A stretch of 64,000 nt of DNA from Myxococcales bacterium (lineage in GTDB: Bacteria; Myxococcota_A; UBA9042), in assembly GCA_037441385.1 (NCBI GenBank), contig JBBISH010000010.1, positions 25,615-89,614 of the forward strand. Reading direction: 5' to 3'. The notes beneath the pieces were generated by a model. The model saw nothing but the letters and a program-made list of their open reading frames with translations. It was not told the DNA's origin and searched no databases. The stretch's first letter is position 1. Each line of letters opens with the position of its first letter. The position numbers and the translations under genes are program-made. Positions 20,855 to 30,589 of the stretch are shown here, piece by piece.

Positions 20855-21050
20855 GGTTAGTGCAGAATCGAGTTCTTTTTTGCGGACGGCTGCTTCCTGC
20901 TAGGTGGGTCACGAGTGTCCGCCCCGTCAACGCGTCGCACCGCTACACAAGCATGCGAACGATCACGAAATTCCAACATCGCCCCAACGCGGGCGGGTCT
21001 TTTTGACCCATTGGCCAATTGCAGTGGCGAACTCCTCATCCGATGATGCG

Positions 21051-22640
21051 ATGGCTTCTTTGGTCGGCAAGCGCTTCGGCCGCTACGAGGTCGAAGAGAA
21101 GATTGCGTCCGGCGGCATGGCCGAGGTTTGGCGCGCGCGCCTGACTGGCAGCGCCGGCTTCGAGAAGCAGGTCGCGCTGAAGATGCTGCATCCCGAGCTG
21201 TGCGAGATCGAAGACTTGGTGCAGTTGTTCATCGGCGAAGCGGCGATGGCGGCCGAGATCAACCACCCCAACGTGGTCCAGGTATTCGACTTTGGCTGTG
21301 CCGACGGGCGCTACTTCATGGCCATGGAGTACGTTGCCGGCTGGTCGCTGCGGCGTCTGCTGCAGTCGATCCAGCAGACCCCCGAGCGGCGCTTGCCGTA
21401 TTGGGCCCTGCTGGAGGTGGCGCTGCATGTCTGCGAAGGCCTTGAGCATATTCACGCTTTTCACGACAGCCACGGCAAGCCGATGGGCCTGGTGCACCGC
21501 GACGTCTCGCCCGAGAACGTCATGATCTCGTGGACGGGCGCGGTCAAGCTCATTGATTTTGGCGTGGCACGGGTGGTCGAGGCAGCTGGCAAAGCCAGCG
21601 GGCCGGTGACGGGCAAGCCGCGCTACATGGCGCCCGAGCAGGCGCTGGGTCTGGATCTAGACGCCCGCGCCGACGTGTTTTCGCTGGGCGTGGTGCTGTT
21701 TGCCTGCGCCACGGGCCGCCTGCCGTTTTCGGGACCCGATGCCCAGCAAGTGATGGAGGCGGTGGTGCAGGGCGACCGCCTGCCAGTGACGATGCTCAAC
21801 CCCAGGGCGCACCCGGCCTTGGTGGACCTGATCGATCAGGCCATGACGACCGACCGCGGCGAGCGGACGCCCAGCACGGCCGTGTTGCGCGAGCACCTGC
21901 TGCTGTGGGCCCACGCGGCTGGCCTGGACCCTACGATGCGGCAGTTGGGCCAGTTGCTGGCCGCCTTGGCGCACGCCGACGACGAACTGCCGGCGGCCCT
22001 CCACGGGCAAGTGCAGGGCAAGTCACTGTCCGTCTTGCTAGACGATTGGGCCAACCATCACCCGCCGTGGGCGGCGCCGACCGCCTGGAGCGGCGGAGCC
22101 GAGCCCGCCGCCCCTGGGGCTGCCCGTGTCGGGGCGGATTTGGCCGACTCGGATCGGAGCCCCGCGCCCTTCTCTGGACCCGGCGTGGGATCTTCGTCTG
22201 ATTCTCGCCCATTGCAGAACGGGTCAGAGAAACCGTACCGGGCTGAATCGGCTGGGGTGCGCGTCAGTGGCAGCTTTGAACCGCGCAGCTACCACCAGAC
22301 CAACACCAACCTGGGCCCGGCCAGTCGGCCGTACGCCACGCCGCCGCCGCAGGTCGTGCATCCCCAGCCCGCGGCCGCTCTGTATGTGGACGAAGTCGAC
22401 CTGTTCCTAGAGATTTGCGAGACAAAGCCGCCAGTTCAGGGGCACGAGCCCGCGCCGGAGTCCATCGCACCGGTGTCCATCGCGCCGGTGTCCATCGCGC
22501 CGGAGTCCATCGCACCGGAGTCCATCGCACCGGTGCGCCCCGATGGGATCGCTGAACCCCTTGCGGGGGCCGACGTTCTGGACATCGAGGTCGAAGGAGG
22601 CCTTGTCCTCGATCTTGTGTTGGCGCCCGACGCGGCCTAG
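21051..22640 (+). CDS. Hanks-type Ser/Thr protein kinase with low-complexity C-tail
   Basis: GGMAEV, VALK, HRDVSPENV, DFG, YMAPE, DVFSLG. Confidence 0.92.
   Translation: MASLVGKRFGRYEVEEKIASGGMAEVWRARLTGSAGFEKQVALKMLHPELCEIEDLVQLFIGEAAMAAEINHPNVVQVFDFGCADGRYFMAMEYVAGWSLRRLLQSIQQTPERRLPYWALLEVALHVCEGLEHIHAFHDSHGKPMGLVHRDVSPENVMISWTGAVKLIDFGVARVVEAAGKASGPVTGKPRYMAPEQALGLDLDARADVFSLGVVLFACATGRLPFSGPDAQQVMEAVVQGDRLPVTMLNPRAHPALVDLIDQAMTTDRGERTPSTAVLREHLLLWAHAAGLDPTMRQLGQLLAALAHADDELPAALHGQVQGKSLSVLLDDWANHHPPWAAPTAWSGGAEPAAPGAARVGADLADSDRSPAPFSGPGVGSSSDSRPLQNGSEKPYRAESAGVRVSGSFEPRSYHQTNTNLGPASRPYATPPPQVVHPQPAAALYVDEVDLFLEICETKPPVQGHEPAPESIAPVSIAPVSIAPESIAPESIAPVRPDGIAEPLAGADVLDIEVEGGLVLDLVLAPDAA
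22132..22263 (+). mobile_element. Diverged 132-bp repeat copy in-frame within the kinase CDS
   Basis: Gapless alignment to 28624-28755; 52 of 65 nt identical in the 3' half by hand count. Confidence 0.75.
22452..22535 (+). repeat. 15-bp coding tandem repeat, AP(E/V)SI x5
   Basis: GC(G/A)CCGG(A/T)GTCCATC units. Confidence 0.9.
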
Positions 22641-22663
22641 AGACTCGACCAATCGTGGACTTC

Positions 22664-22814
22664 TACGCACCCCACCGGATTCGCGCCTGTAGGGCTTTCT
22701 GACCCGTTCTGACCCGTTCTGACCCGTTCTGCAACTGGCGAGAATCAGGCGGGGCCCCCGGACCGGGCCCGAAAGATTGCCCGTGTTTTCGATCCGATTC
22801 GGACGGAACTGGTA
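22664..22814 (-). mobile_element. 132-bp repeat copy with internal triplication of a 10-mer
   Basis: Reverse match with TA ends; GACCCGTTCT present three times. Confidence 0.8.
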
Positions 22815-22883
22815 TTCCACCCCCGACGACGCATCGACTGCGGCGGCGAGGGACCCTGAGTGCAGACCGGAGTTGCCGCTGAA

Positions 22884-22900
22884 GTGACAATTATTGTCAC
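22884..22900. promoter_or_regulatory. Perfect 8-1-8 palindrome, candidate activator binding site
   Basis: GTGACAAT-T-ATTGTCAC, AT-rich in a GC-rich background. Confidence 0.5.
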
Positions 22901-22980
22901 AATGGTCGACGCACTTTGGCGGTGGCGGTCGCTGGCGGATCCCTCTGCGGGCGCGAGGCCGTGACGATGGCCTCCACGGA

Positions 22981-23094
22981 GACCCACCCCACCTCATTCG
23001 CGGCTGTACGGGTTCTATGACCCGTTCTGCAACGGGCGAAAATCAGGCGGGGACTCCGGTTCTGATCTGGAGAAATGCGCGGGTTGCCGATTCG
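22981..23094 (-). mobile_element. Degenerate copy of the 132-bp repeat
   Basis: CCCCACCTCATTCGCG...GACCCGTTCTGCAAC...AATCAGGCGGGGAC matches the reverse consensus; one end decayed. Confidence 0.7.
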
Positions 23095-23128
23095 CGGAAC
23101 GTTTCCGGGAGGAGTCGCCGCTTGGGAA

Positions 23129-23144
23129 TGGCACGACATTTGCA
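23129..23144 (+). promoter_or_regulatory. sigma54 (-24/-12) promoter
   Basis: TGGCACG-ACAT-TTGCA, perfect consensus, upstream of the CDS at 23279. Confidence 0.75.
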
Positions 23145-23278
23145 TCCGCAGGCACATCAGGTGCTCAGGGCGAACGGCGACTCCCGGAAGTTGGGCGGGG
23201 CGAATCCTGGCCAAGCGAGTTTGGGGGTCAGGCGACGGCGCGCCTCCGGCGCACTTTGCGGGGCCCACGAGGTGAATC

Positions 23279-25132
23279 ATGGCATCGGGCAAAGCACACG
23301 CCGGCCGGGGCGCCTGGACCTTGCGGTGGATCATAGCGCTTGCGCTGGCTGCGGGTTGCAGCGACGCGAAGCCGCAGGCGCTGCCGCCGGATCCCCAAGA
23401 AGAAGAAGAGATCAAGGATTTTGACCTGCAGCCTGGGCCCTACGACGCAAAGTCAGCCGATGGCGCCGAGGTGGCCTCGTGCACGTTCGAGGCAAAGAAT
23501 ACCATCATCGACGGGGACTTCAGCCCAGGCGAGTGGCCCTGCCATGTGCCCATGCAGGGCAAGTTTGGCTTTCTGTACGTGCGGTTAGAGGGCTATCAGC
23601 TGCATGTGCTGAACGACTGGTTGCTGCGCGACGACGGGCCCGTTACGCCAGACATGTACAACCTGTTCTTGTTCTCGACCGGCGGCGGGGTGCAAGCGTG
23701 GCAGCTCAAGGTGTTTGGCGACAACCACGTCGAGGCGACCTTGAACGGCCAGCCGATCCCCCTTGCCATCGGCGCCAGCGGCTTCCACGCCTCGCCCAAC
23801 AGCCCAACAGACCACACGATCTTTGAATTCCTGTTGGGGAACGAGAAGAACCCGGTCCTGGGTGGCGCCGCCTACTTCTCTGAGAAGGACCCAAGCAACG
23901 GCAACAACGACCCAGCGGGGACCTTGGTGCAAGAGCCGACCGTGTTCGCCGTCGTGGTGTTCGATGACGGGTCGACCGTGCCCCAGACGGCAGAAGGTCC
24001 CGTGCTGATTTCATTTTCGTCGGGCGTGGTAGAGCCCAGTAGCGATGTGATGGCCTTGGGTGCGGGGCTCGGCGCCACGGCGGGCCAGGTTCGCGTGCAG
24101 AACAAGGCTGGCAAGCTGCTCGCTTGGGCAGACTCTGGCCTGGCGTTTCGCGCGCCATCCGCAGAGGGGGACTACGTCATCGAGGCCGTGACCGCAGGCG
24201 GAGTCACCAGCAATGCCTTGACGTTACAGGTCAAGAATCAGCCGCTGACCGACTGCACTGCCCAGACCGCGGGTCGACCCTGTGACGATGGGGACCCCTG
24301 CACCGTCGGCGCCAAGTGCAACGATCAGGGGCAGTGTGTCGCCAGCAACTTGGCGTGCGACGATGACAATGCCTGCACCACCGGCGACCAGTGCAGCAAG
24401 GGCGCGTGCCAGGGCAGCGGAATGCTTGCCTGCAACGATAATCTACCTTGCATGACCGAAGGTTGCGACCCAACCAAGGGCTGCGTGTTCACCCTGACCC
24501 CCGGCGCGCCGTGCCAAGACGGCGATGCGTGCACGGTGGGTGATTCCTGCACCACGGCGGGCACTTGCGCAGGCAAACCCGGGCCCGGCTGCGACGACGG
24601 CAACCCGTGTACGACCGATACCTGCGACCCCAAGCTGGGCTGCGTGCACACGCCGCTGGCCAACGGCGCGCCGTGCGCCGATGGCAACGCCTGCACCCAC
24701 AGCGACAGCTGCACCAACGGCACCTGCAAGGGAATCCCCAAGACCTTGCCCGCCGCGCCGCCGTGCCACAAAGCCGTCTGCGACCCCAACACGGGCGCGC
24801 TCAGCACGCTGGCCTTGTCGGGAACCCCCTGCGCGGACAACCAACTCTGCACCGACCCCGACCTGTGCGTCGAGGGTGCGTGCTTTGGCACCCCCATCAG
24901 CTGCGACGACGGCAACCCGTGCACGGCCGACACCTGCATCCCCGCCAGCGGCGTCTGCGTCCACCAGCCGCTGGCCGAGCAGGCGGTGTGCGACGACGGC
25001 AACGCCTGCACCGTGCAAGAAACCTGCACTCAGACCAAGTGCGTGGGCAAGGTGCTGGTCTGCGACGACGGCGACGCCACCACCAAGGATGCGTGCTGGC
25101 CCGCCGTGGGCTGTGTGTTTTCGCCCAAGTAG
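23279..25132 (+). CDS. Lipoprotein with IPT/TIG-like domain and Cys-rich CDDGNPCT (Dictyostelium-type) repeats
   Basis: Lipobox AAGC; repeated CxDGNxCTxDxC units across the C-terminal half. Confidence 0.85.
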   Translation: MASGKAHAGRGAWTLRWIIALALAAGCSDAKPQALPPDPQEEEEIKDFDLQPGPYDAKSADGAEVASCTFEAKNTIIDGDFSPGEWPCHVPMQGKFGFLYVRLEGYQLHVLNDWLLRDDGPVTPDMYNLFLFSTGGGVQAWQLKVFGDNHVEATLNGQPIPLAIGASGFHASPNSPTDHTIFEFLLGNEKNPVLGGAAYFSEKDPSNGNNDPAGTLVQEPTVFAVVVFDDGSTVPQTAEGPVLISFSSGVVEPSSDVMALGAGLGATAGQVRVQNKAGKLLAWADSGLAFRAPSAEGDYVIEAVTAGGVTSNALTLQVKNQPLTDCTAQTAGRPCDDGDPCTVGAKCNDQGQCVASNLACDDDNACTTGDQCSKGACQGSGMLACNDNLPCMTEGCDPTKGCVFTLTPGAPCQDGDACTVGDSCTTAGTCAGKPGPGCDDGNPCTTDTCDPKLGCVHTPLANGAPCADGNACTHSDSCTNGTCKGIPKTLPAAPPCHKAVCDPNTGALSTLALSGTPCADNQLCTDPDLCVEGACFGTPISCDDGNPCTADTCIPASGVCVHQPLAEQAVCDDGNACTVQETCTQTKCVGKVLVCDDGDATTKDACWPAVGCVFSPK

Positions 25133-25692
25133 CGGGGCTCTCGGCGCGTTCCATTCGGGGCCATGGGTGCGGGGAGATAGGGGCCGGAGCGGGAACGAGG
25201 GCCCCGACGTGCCCGAAGGGATGGGCGAGTCCAGTGGAACTGATCGCCCTGAGATTGTCTCATCGCAATCCCTGGAACGCATAGAGATATCAGCTAGTTC
25301 GGGGGAGCCCAGCCGCTGAAGCAGCGGGCGATCATGACGCCGTCCTTCTCCAAGGACGGCTGGGTCGAGGACGCGATAGTGCTGGTTAGTTCAGTGCTTC
25401 CGCGCTCGCGCGCACCCACGATGAGCGGAACCCAGACGTCGGCGTAGGCCGATGGCGTGAAGCCGGCCCGTTCAAGGGCCGGGGTTCCATGGAACATCAG
25501 GAACTTGCCAAGTCCGTGCGCGACGTGGGCGGCAGTCCGGGCGGCCCGCGTGGGTGCCGTGGAGTTCCGTGGTAGGCATCCGGTATGGCAGGGCGTGCCC
25601 GCGCTTCTTTCGACTGTTGCGTTTGCTGCGTTTGGATGGTATCGTGTACTTTGCGGCTGTCGACCTCAGGCAGCCCATCATCGAGGTCCTAC

Positions 25693-26142
25693 ATGGTTCA
25701 AGCCGCCACCGCCGCCCGCGCCGGCCGCCGAGTGCGCAACGACGTCGCCAAGACGGCCATGGAAGCCCAGCAGACCATCGAGGCCTTGGGCGACGCCAAG
25801 GACGTTCGGCTTGCTTTTGGCCAGCAAACGCAAGTTCCGCTTCCGGATCCGATCCTGCACGTGCTGGTCACGGCCTTGCGGGAGCTCGCCAAGGGCAAGC
25901 AGGTGTCCGTGGTCGCGGATGAAGCGGAGATGACCACGCAGCAGGCTGCCGATCTGCTGCTGGTTTCGCGACCTTACCTGATCAGCCTGTTGGAAGCGGG
26001 CCAGATTCCGTACCGCAAGGTCGGGACCAAGCGGCGAATTTTGGCTGCCGACGTGCTGGCCTACAAGGCCAAGGAACGGGTTCGGCGGCGGAAGCTTCTG
26101 GACGAACTTTCAGCGGAATCCCAGCAGCTTGGACTGGACTGA
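25693..26142 (+). CDS. Excisionase-like HTH DNA-binding protein, putative antitoxin
   Basis: MTTQQAADLLLVSRPYLISLLEAGQIPYRKVGTKRRI; acidic tail LDELSAESQQLG; GAGG RBS. Confidence 0.85.
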   Translation: MVQAATAARAGRRVRNDVAKTAMEAQQTIEALGDAKDVRLAFGQQTQVPLPDPILHVLVTALRELAKGKQVSVVADEAEMTTQQAADLLLVSRPYLISLLEAGQIPYRKVGTKRRILAADVLAYKAKERVRRRKLLDELSAESQQLGLD

Positions 26143-26145
26143 ACC

Positions 26146-26724
26146 GTGCCGCCCTTCGTACCGCAGATCGCGGTGTTGGACGCGTGTGTGCTGTACCCGG
26201 CGACATTGCGGGACTTCCTGTTGCGCTTGGCAGACGAGGATGCCTTCATTCCGAAGTGGTCAGATGAAATCGTTGGTGAATTCGTCCGGGGCGTCCTTCG
26301 GGATCGACACGCCGTCAGTCCCGAACGCCTGCAACGCACGGTTGGACTCATGAACGAGGTGTTCCCAGACGCACGGGTCACCGGCTACAACAAGTGGATC
26401 AAGACGATCACGTTGCCAGACCCAGACGACCGGCACGTGCTGGCAGTGGCCATCAAAGCGAAGGCGACCGCGATCGTCACCCTGAACCTGAAGGATTTCC
26501 CAGCTTCTATACTGGCCGGCCATGGAATCGTGGCGGTTCATCCCGATGCGTTCGTGGTGGGCCTTCTGCAATCGGCCCTTGACATGGTGGAGCGTGCGTT
26601 CGTCGCACAGCGGTTGTCCTTGAAGAATCCGCCGGTGACGATGTGGGACCTGTTGGCCAAGTTGGAGCAGCAGGGGTTGCAGGACAGCGTGCGGCTGCTG
26701 CGGGGGCGGGTGGCTGAGGAGTAG
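26146..26724 (+). CDS. PIN-domain protein, putative toxin RNase
   Basis: AVLDACVLYP, LPDPDDRHVLAVA, IVTLNLKDFP. Confidence 0.88.
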   Translation: MPPFVPQIAVLDACVLYPATLRDFLLRLADEDAFIPKWSDEIVGEFVRGVLRDRHAVSPERLQRTVGLMNEVFPDARVTGYNKWIKTITLPDPDDRHVLAVAIKAKATAIVTLNLKDFPASILAGHGIVAVHPDAFVVGLLQSALDMVERAFVAQRLSLKNPPVTMWDLLAKLEQQGLQDSVRLLRGRVAEE

Positions 26725-26727
26725 TTG

Positions 26728-27555
26728 ATGTCGTCCCTGACCCCAGTGGAGAAACGCGTCTTCGAAGAACTGCTCGGCATGAGTAGCGGCTATGTGTTTG
26801 ATTTCACGGACAGGACCTTCGCATCCTTCTTCCGAGACGTGGCGAACATCGACATCGACAATGACATGTATTGCCGGGAGGGCAATTCGAAGGCCCGAAG
26901 AATGCGGTTGTTCTGGGAAATTGAACCAGACGCAGTCGTCGGCGTCGTGCTTTCCGAAATTCTGAAGCTGAGAGCCCTGGCGCTCAAAGACACGGAGCGA
27001 ATCTTGTTGACCGCGTGCCAAACGGCTGCGGACCGATTGTTGGGCAGGAAATCTACGCCAGTTCAGGCAGTTCAATCTGAGGCCGAATTCCTGCAACTCG
27101 ACTTCGGAGCCGCTTCCGTCGCAGCCCTGCCAATCGAAGCATCGTGGATTCCAATACTTGAACACAGGCTGGCGGAAGCCGAACGGTGCGTGCGGGTAGA
27201 GGCCTGGTTGTCGGTGGTCATCCTGTGCGGCAGCGTGCTTGAGGCGGCTCTGCTTGGCACGGCACTACAGCACCCAAGGGACTTCAACGAATCAACACTC
27301 AGCCCGAAGGACAGGTCCGGCAAGGTCTTGCCGCTCCACGACTGGAAGCTTGCCCATCTTGTCGATGTTGCCCACGACTGCCGGCACTTGAAGGTTGACG
27401 TCCGAAAATTCAGTCATACTCTTAGGGAATTTCGCAACTACGTGCATCCGTTGCTGCAGTTGACGTCCGGCTTCAGCCCCGACAAGCACACGGCGTTGAT
27501 CTGCATGCAGGTGCTAAAGGCGGCCATCGCCGATTTGGCAGGTGAACGAGCGTGA
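26728..27555 (+). CDS. Abi-like N-terminal domain plus HEPN-like C-terminal domain, putative defence protein
   Basis: GMSSGYVFDF...SKARRMR N-terminus; EA..C......ILCGSVLE helix and LREFRNYVHP R..H motif; weak GC3 bias. Confidence 0.6.
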   Translation: MSSLTPVEKRVFEELLGMSSGYVFDFTDRTFASFFRDVANIDIDNDMYCREGNSKARRMRLFWEIEPDAVVGVVLSEILKLRALALKDTERILLTACQTAADRLLGRKSTPVQAVQSEAEFLQLDFGAASVAALPIEASWIPILEHRLAEAERCVRVEAWLSVVILCGSVLEAALLGTALQHPRDFNESTLSPKDRSGKVLPLHDWKLAHLVDVAHDCRHLKVDVRKFSHTLREFRNYVHPLLQLTSGFSPDKHTALICMQVLKAAIADLAGERA

Positions 27556-27819
27556 CCGACGGCGTGTCACCATTTCGCATTCTGCTTTGAGCCAATCCAG
27601 CCGCCCTATCCACAGGGGAACCCCATTAGGTGCCGCGTGCCCCCAAGCGAATACGTGCTGTTCCCGAGACAGGCGTACCCGGACCTTGACATGGGCAGCC
27701 GGGACTAGCAGGAGTGGCAGACGACGCCGGTCAACCTCCACCCCACTTTCTGGCCACGCTGTCCGCACGCGCTACCATCGCCGGGCCGGGCCCCCAAGCC
27801 CGCTGGACACCGCGCGACC

Positions 27820-28623
27820 GTGCCGCAACTCCCTGCCCTGGATAAGCTTCTGCCCCTGGCCCCGTGGCTCTGCCTGGCCCTGCTGCTGCCGCTGACCCAG
27901 CTGCTGGCGGCGTGGAGCAAGCGCCAGGTGGTACGCGCCCTGGGCTGGTGGGGCGTGCCTCTGACCACCGGCTGGCTGGGCGTGCCGGTGCACGAGGCCT
28001 CGCACCTGCTGGCCGCCAAGTTGTTGGGCCGAGAAGTGGTGCGCGTGCGCTGGTTTGCCCCGGACGCCGACTCGGGCAGCCTGGGCGGGGTGGAGTGGCG
28101 GCCGGGTCAAGGGCCGTTGGCGTGGCTGGCGATCTTGACGGTGGGTGTGGCGCCCCTGGCGGGCGGGACGCTGGCGCTGCGCGGACTGCTGCTAGGCGCG
28201 GCGCTGGCTACGGATCTGCCCGTGCCAGCGATGCCGCAAGGCGCGGATGGGGCGGCCTGGCAGGCAGCCGGGCTGGCGCTGCTGCACTGGGCGCAGGCGG
28301 CGACGGCGGCGCTCTGGAGCAGGCAAGATCCGTTGGCGTGGAGCGCCGTTTTGGGCTGGTGGGCGGTGGTCAGCGTGGCGGCGCACCTGACGCCGTCGCG
28401 GCCGGACCTGCAGGGCGCTTGGCGCGGGGCCCTGCTAGTTGCGGCGCTTGTCGCTGTGGCGGTTGCGGGGCTCCAGGCGGCGCAAATCCCCTGGCAGGAC
28501 CCGGTGATGCACGCTGTCCGCGCGACGACATGGTGGCTCGCGCCGGGCCTGCTGCTCGCCCTGCCGGCGACGGTCACGGTGGGATTGACGGCAACGCTGT
28601 TGGCGCGCCTGCGCGGCCAGTGA
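27820..28623 (+). CDS. Membrane protein with HExxH motif (M50-like metalloprotease)
   Basis: GVPVHEASH, GSLGGV, GVAPL, LTPSRPD; hydrophobic. Confidence 0.7.
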   Translation: MPQLPALDKLLPLAPWLCLALLLPLTQLLAAWSKRQVVRALGWWGVPLTTGWLGVPVHEASHLLAAKLLGREVVRVRWFAPDADSGSLGGVEWRPGQGPLAWLAILTVGVAPLAGGTLALRGLLLGAALATDLPVPAMPQGADGAAWQAAGLALLHWAQAATAALWSRQDPLAWSAVLGWWAVVSVAAHLTPSRPDLQGAWRGALLVAALVAVAVAGLQAAQIPWQDPVMHAVRATTWWLAPGLLLALPATVTVGLTATLLARLRGQ

Positions 28624-28755
28624 TACCAATTCCGTCCGAATCGGATCGAAAACTCGGGCAATTCTTCGGGCCCGAACCGGGGTCCCCGCCTGATTCTCGC
28701 CAGTTGCAGAACGGGTCAGAAAAGCCGTACACGCGCGAATCAGGTGGGGTGCGTA
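28624..28755 (+). mobile_element. 132-bp MITE/ERIC-like repeat, reference copy
   Basis: TA...TA ends, starts right after a TGA; inverted repeat CCCCGCCTGATTCTCGC / GCGCGAATCAGGTGGGG in the 3' half. Confidence 0.85.
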
Positions 28756-28864
28756 TGACTCCGCGCAGCTGCGATCCGTGGTATGGTCCGCCGGCCAGCC
28801 CAGCCGCCCCTTGGTGTGGGCAAGCCGAGCGGCTCTGGGCCCTGGCCACACAAAGGAGCACCCG

Positions 28865-29443
28865 ATGCACACTGGAGTTTTTCGCCTTGGCCTGGTTGCC
28901 GTTCTGGCTGGCGCGGTCGGCTTGATGGCGGCCCCGACGGCGGCGGCGCCGCAGGCGGTCGCTTGTGGCAAGGGCGTAACCATCCGCTACGATGCGGCCG
29001 CCTGGCAGCCCGTGGCCGATCCGGGACCCGCTGACGGTCCGTGCGAGCTGGCCCTGAACTCCACGCCCACGGCCGGCACGACCCTGCGCTTTGTCACGCT
29101 CAAGGCCACCGCCAAAGAGCTCCCCAAGCTCAAGAAGATGAAGGGCGAGGAGCGCATCGCCCTGCTGGCCAATCAGGTCGCCGGTGGGGCCGCCAGCCCG
29201 CCGCAAGACTTGGAGGTGGCGGGGCCGTACAGCGTGGGCTTTGCCATGGCGCGCGGCCCCGGCGGCGCCACCAGCTACCTGCAGATCGCCAGCACCTTGT
29301 ACGACAAAGCCATGCTGTACGTGGTGTTGGAGCAGCAGCTACCGCAGGTCGACCCCGCGCCGCGCTACGACAAGGACGCCGCTCGCCGGACCTTGCTGGG
29401 CTTCTTGGCTGGCGTGCAGCTGGCGGCGCCGACCAAGAAGTAG
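28865..29443 (+). CDS. Hypothetical secreted protein
   Basis: AAGGAG RBS, signal peptide, GC3 bias. Confidence 0.75.
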   Translation: MHTGVFRLGLVAVLAGAVGLMAAPTAAAPQAVACGKGVTIRYDAAAWQPVADPGPADGPCELALNSTPTAGTTLRFVTLKATAKELPKLKKMKGEERIALLANQVAGGAASPPQDLEVAGPYSVGFAMARGPGGATSYLQIASTLYDKAMLYVVLEQQLPQVDPAPRYDKDAARRTLLGFLAGVQLAAPTKK

Positions 29444-29461
29444 GCGAGCGCTTTCAGGTCT

Positions 29462-29884
29462 TTACCACGTGCCGCTGTTCGGCATCGACAGCCACGGCTC
29501 CGCGGGCGCCAGGGCCGCGCCCCGCTGCAGCAGCTCCACCGAGATGGCGTCCGGCGAGCGCACAAAGGCCATCCGCCCGTCGCGCGGCGGCCGGGCAATC
29601 GTCACGCCGTGGGCCTGCAAGTGGGCGCAAAGCTGGTAGATATCGTCGGTCTCCAGGGCGATGTGGCCAAAGTTGCGCCCCGCGGTGTAGGGCTCACTTT
29701 GGTCCCAGTTCCAGGTCAGCTCAAGCTCGGCGTCGTCGCCCGGCGCGCCGGTGCCCAAAAAGACCAGGGTAAATCGGCCATTCGGGTAGTCGCTGCGGCG
29801 CAGCTCGCGCAGGCCCAGCAGTTGGAAGAAGTGCAGCGCGGCCGGCAGGTCCAGCACGCGGATCATGGTGTGCAAGAAGCGCAT
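29462..29884 (-). CDS. gloA: Lactoylglutathione lyase (glyoxalase I, VOC family)
   Basis: [50 protein letters not shown]. Confidence 0.9.
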   Translation of the reverse strand: MRFLHTMIRVLDLPAALHFFQLLGLRELRRSDYPNGRFTLVFLGTGAPGDDAELELTWNWDQSEPYTAGRNFGHIALETDDIYQLCAHLQAHGVTIARPPRDGRMAFVRSPDAISVELLQRGAALAPAEPWLSMPNSGTW

Positions 29885-29902
29885 TTGAACTCCAACCCGC
29901 GG

Positions 29903-30589
29903 CTAGAACGACCATCCGTACGAGAACTGCAGCCACGGCAGCACCCGCGCCCGCGACACCTCGGGCCCCAAGGCAAAGTGCCGCGAGGTGCAGGTGCCGG
30001 CGCCGGGCGCGCCCTCCGTCACCGTGTCCACGCCGTCGCACAGCGCCGCCTGGCTGGTGGCCGTGTTCAGCATCCCGCCCGCGGCCACGCGGATCAGACC
30101 GCCCCAGCCCCAGCGCACCTCCCACGCCGCGCCGGCGTGCAGCCACAGGGTGTAGAACACGTCCGAATCCGTAACGACCACGCTGTCTTTGCGCGGCACG
30201 GCCATGCCCACGGGCTTGCCGATGAGGCCGAGCGACGGCCCACCCTGCAGCACCAGCGCGTGGCGCAGGGAGCCAAAGATCGGCAGGTAGTACTTACCCT
30301 GCACCGCGATTTGCGTCCCGGTCGAGCCCAACCCGCCGCCCAGTTCCACCGCCCACAGCGACTTGGGCAGCGTATAACCCACGGACATACCAAAGAAACC
30401 CGTGGGTGCGCCCATGCCGCCGTCAAAGGTGATCGCCACCGGTCGGTTCACGAAGTTGGGGTAGGCCAGCGCAGCCTCGTCCGCCGCTTGGGCTGAGGCA
30501 CCGGGCAAGCTCGTCGTCAGCGCCGCGGCCAGCCAAGCCAGGCGGGCCAGATGACGCGAAATCTGCGGCCGCACAGGGTGATTCTGCAT
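29903..30589 (-). CDS. Hypothetical small outer-membrane beta-barrel protein
   Basis: Signal peptide AQA, Gly/aromatic beta-strands, C-terminal YGWSF. Confidence 0.65.
   Translation of the reverse strand: MQNHPVRPQISRHLARLAWLAAALTTSLPGASAQAADEAALAYPNFVNRPVAITFDGGMGAPTGFFGMSVGYTLPKSLWAVELGGGLGSTGTQIAVQGKYYLPIFGSLRHALVLQGGPSLGLIGKPVGMAVPRKDSVVVTDSDVFYTLWLHAGAAWEVRWGWGGLIRVAAGGMLNTATSQAALCDGVDTVTEGAPGAGTCTSRHFALGPEVSRARVLPWLQFSYGWSF

Noticed and set aside
25294..25560. Short minus-strand ORF upstream of the TA pair
   Set aside because: No recognisable motif or RBS; may be a gene remnant but cannot be supported
25693..26142. Prophage excisionase marking an integrated phage
   Set aside because: No integrase, att site or phage genes; the HTH-PIN pairing fits a toxin-antitoxin module
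28624..28755. 132-bp repeats as tRNA, CRISPR repeats or ends of an autonomous IS
   Set aside because: No cloverleaf, dispersed rather than arrayed, and no transposase ORF in the window
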